This document shows, one piece after another, positions 35,764 to 36,930 of a DNA stretch of 36,930 nucleotides; the first letter of the stretch is position 1, and each line of letters opens with the position of its first letter. Position numbers and translations under genes: made by a program. The notes under the pieces are model-generated. The model saw only the letters and a program-made list of their open reading frames with translations. It was not told the origin of the DNA and searched no databases. The stretch comes from an uncultured Muribaculaceae bacterium (GTDB lineage: Bacteria > Bacillota_I > Bacilli_A > RF39 > UBA660), in assembly GCA_964372175.1 (NCBI GenBank), contig CAYJPP010000001.1:15130-52059 (forward strand). The letters run 5' to 3'.

Positions 35764-36279
35764 TTACTCTTCTTCTTTTGTCAACTCTTTTAATTTTTCG
35801 ATTATTTTGTCTTTACCTTCATAACTTTCAATAATGTTACCATCTTTTACTTTAATTAAAGTATCGCCACTAAATTTTAATGCATTTAAATCATTAACTA
35901 TATTAGAAGTTTCACTTATATACTTAGTATTAAACGGATTATTCAAGTTAGAATAGTAAACTCTTAGAGCATCAGTTTTCCCAATATAAACACCCATATA
36001 ACTAGAATAAATAGCTGATATATTTTCATCACTAGTTGTTAATACAACATAATACTCGCCTGCAACTCTATTAAAGATAGTAGATGTTAATATATTATCA
36101 TATTGAATAGTTGCTGGTGTTTTTTCAACTTCTTGTTCTTCTTCTATGGTTAAAAATATTGTTACTCCATAAAATACAGCAAAAACTACTGTTATTATAA
36201 TTACTAATTTAATTAATTTTGATACTTCATCGTTTGAAGTAATTATGCTTTTTGTTGTTTTCATCTTAATCACCAACAT
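35764..36279 (-). CDS. N-terminally membrane-anchored protein, unknown function
   Basis: 171 aa. One TM segment (LVIIITVVFAVFYGVTIFL) followed by a soluble domain of about 120 aa. Confidence 0.5.
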   Translation of the reverse strand: MLVIKMKTTKSIITSNDEVSKLIKLVIIITVVFAVFYGVTIFLTIEEEQEVEKTPATIQYDNILTSTIFNRVAGEYYVVLTTSDENISAIYSSYMGVYIGKTDALRVYYSNLNNPFNTKYISETSNIVNDLNALKFSGDTLIKVKDGNIIESYEGKDKIIEKLKELTKEEE

Positions 36280-36415
36280 AATTATATCATATATATTTTT
36301 ATAAATAAATTATTTTATTAATATTTTGTAATTATTTTGTATTAATGCAATAATAAAGATGTTTGTATAAATCATTGGTTCCTAAATTTCAGAATATCTA
36401 GTTATATTAATAAAC

Positions 36416-36930
36416 TTATTTCATTTCTTTTAATTTAGCAATTGATTTTTCATAAAATTTATCTAATATATAATTTATAGTTTTATATTCGGTTTCCTTT
36501 AAAGTCGAATTAGTTGTTTCAAATAACTTGACTTCATAACAATATTCATCAAGCATGTTTATAGAATTCTTTAATGACTGATTATATTCATTAACATTTT
36601 CTTCGCTTAAAAAGCTCCTTTTTTCTAATGATAAATTTGATTCGTAATCTCTTTTCATAACTGTAAAAGAATCACAGTGTGTGGCTACTACCAAATCTAT
36701 TTTTTCTTTAATTATGGGGATGTATTTTTTATAATAACTTTCGACTTCTTGTTTAGTTATACCGTTTTTTAGTTGCAATCTATCAATCCATATACATCTA
36801 TCAAACAATGATCGGTCTATAATAATTAAGTCATAGTTTTCTTTTAAAGCTTCTTCTAATTGGTTATTTACATATTTAGGAATTTCGGTATTAACAACGT
36901 TTTTATATTCTTTTTCCAATAGTTTTTTTA
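36416..36930 (-). CDS. Hypothetical protein, 3' part only (possibly a P-loop kinase-like fold). The frame stays open to the window end.
   Basis: The track start at 36919 is a TTG, and the frame continues without a stop to nt 36930. LIIIDRSLFDRCIWIDRL resembles nucleoside/nucleotide kinase-like proteins, but no Walker A falls in the window. Confidence 0.4.
   Translation of the reverse strand, partial: KKLLEKEYKNVVNTEIPKYVNNQLEEALKENYDLIIIDRSLFDRCIWIDRLQLKNGITKQEVESYYKKYIPIIKEKIDLVVATHCDSFTVMKRDYESNLSLEKRSFLSEENVNEYNQSLKNSINMLDEYCYEVKLFETTNSTLKETEYKTINYILDKFYEKSIAKLKEMK

Overview
The window is AT-rich and uses the standard code: TGA is a stop at truA, ecfT and the kinase gene, and long ORFs are intact without recoding. 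Gene order and content look like a low-GC Firmicutes or wall-less Mollicutes-like chromosome. Every credible gene lies on the minus strand, and the plus-strand ORFs in the track are shadow ORFs.

From 36.9 kb down to 15 kb the genes are tightly packed housekeeping operons:
- a 171-aa membrane protein, pcrA, a 61-aa membrane peptide and asnS
- ecfA1-ecfA2-ecfT-truA
- rimP-nusA-ylxR-infB
- rbfA, a GNAT acetyltransferase, a dimeric dUTPase and tyrS

Three accessory inserts interrupt them:
- An orphan type IV pilin-like operon (29.4-32.1 kb). One pilin is 551 aa and carries a large lectin/FGE-like C-terminal domain.
- A split HipA-like kinase pair, translationally coupled to truA. The kinase core comes first and a HipS-like N-subdomain protein second, and no HipB is present.
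- A 741-aa helical-repeat protein built from about 510-bp tandem units. Two units share a 298-bp perfect repeat, and a perfect consensus promoter drives the gene.

From 14.4 kb to nt 1 there is a surface-protein island, separated from tyrS by a ~550-bp non-coding gap. It contains:
- A 2,592-aa secreted protein with two ALK/LTK-type glycine-rich domains, 20 cadherin-like beta-sandwich modules and a C-terminal dockerin.
- A GT-C (PMT/ArnT-like) membrane glycosyltransferase.
- A 1,474-aa membrane-anchored protein with GLUG-type beta-helix repeats, a transglutaminase-like Cys/His core, and discoidin and FIVAR-like domains.
- The 5' end of a further secreted protein with a cadherin-like module.

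I saw no rRNA, tRNA, CRISPR array, transposase or integrase. All domain calls come from motif recognition by eye and need HMM or structure confirmation.
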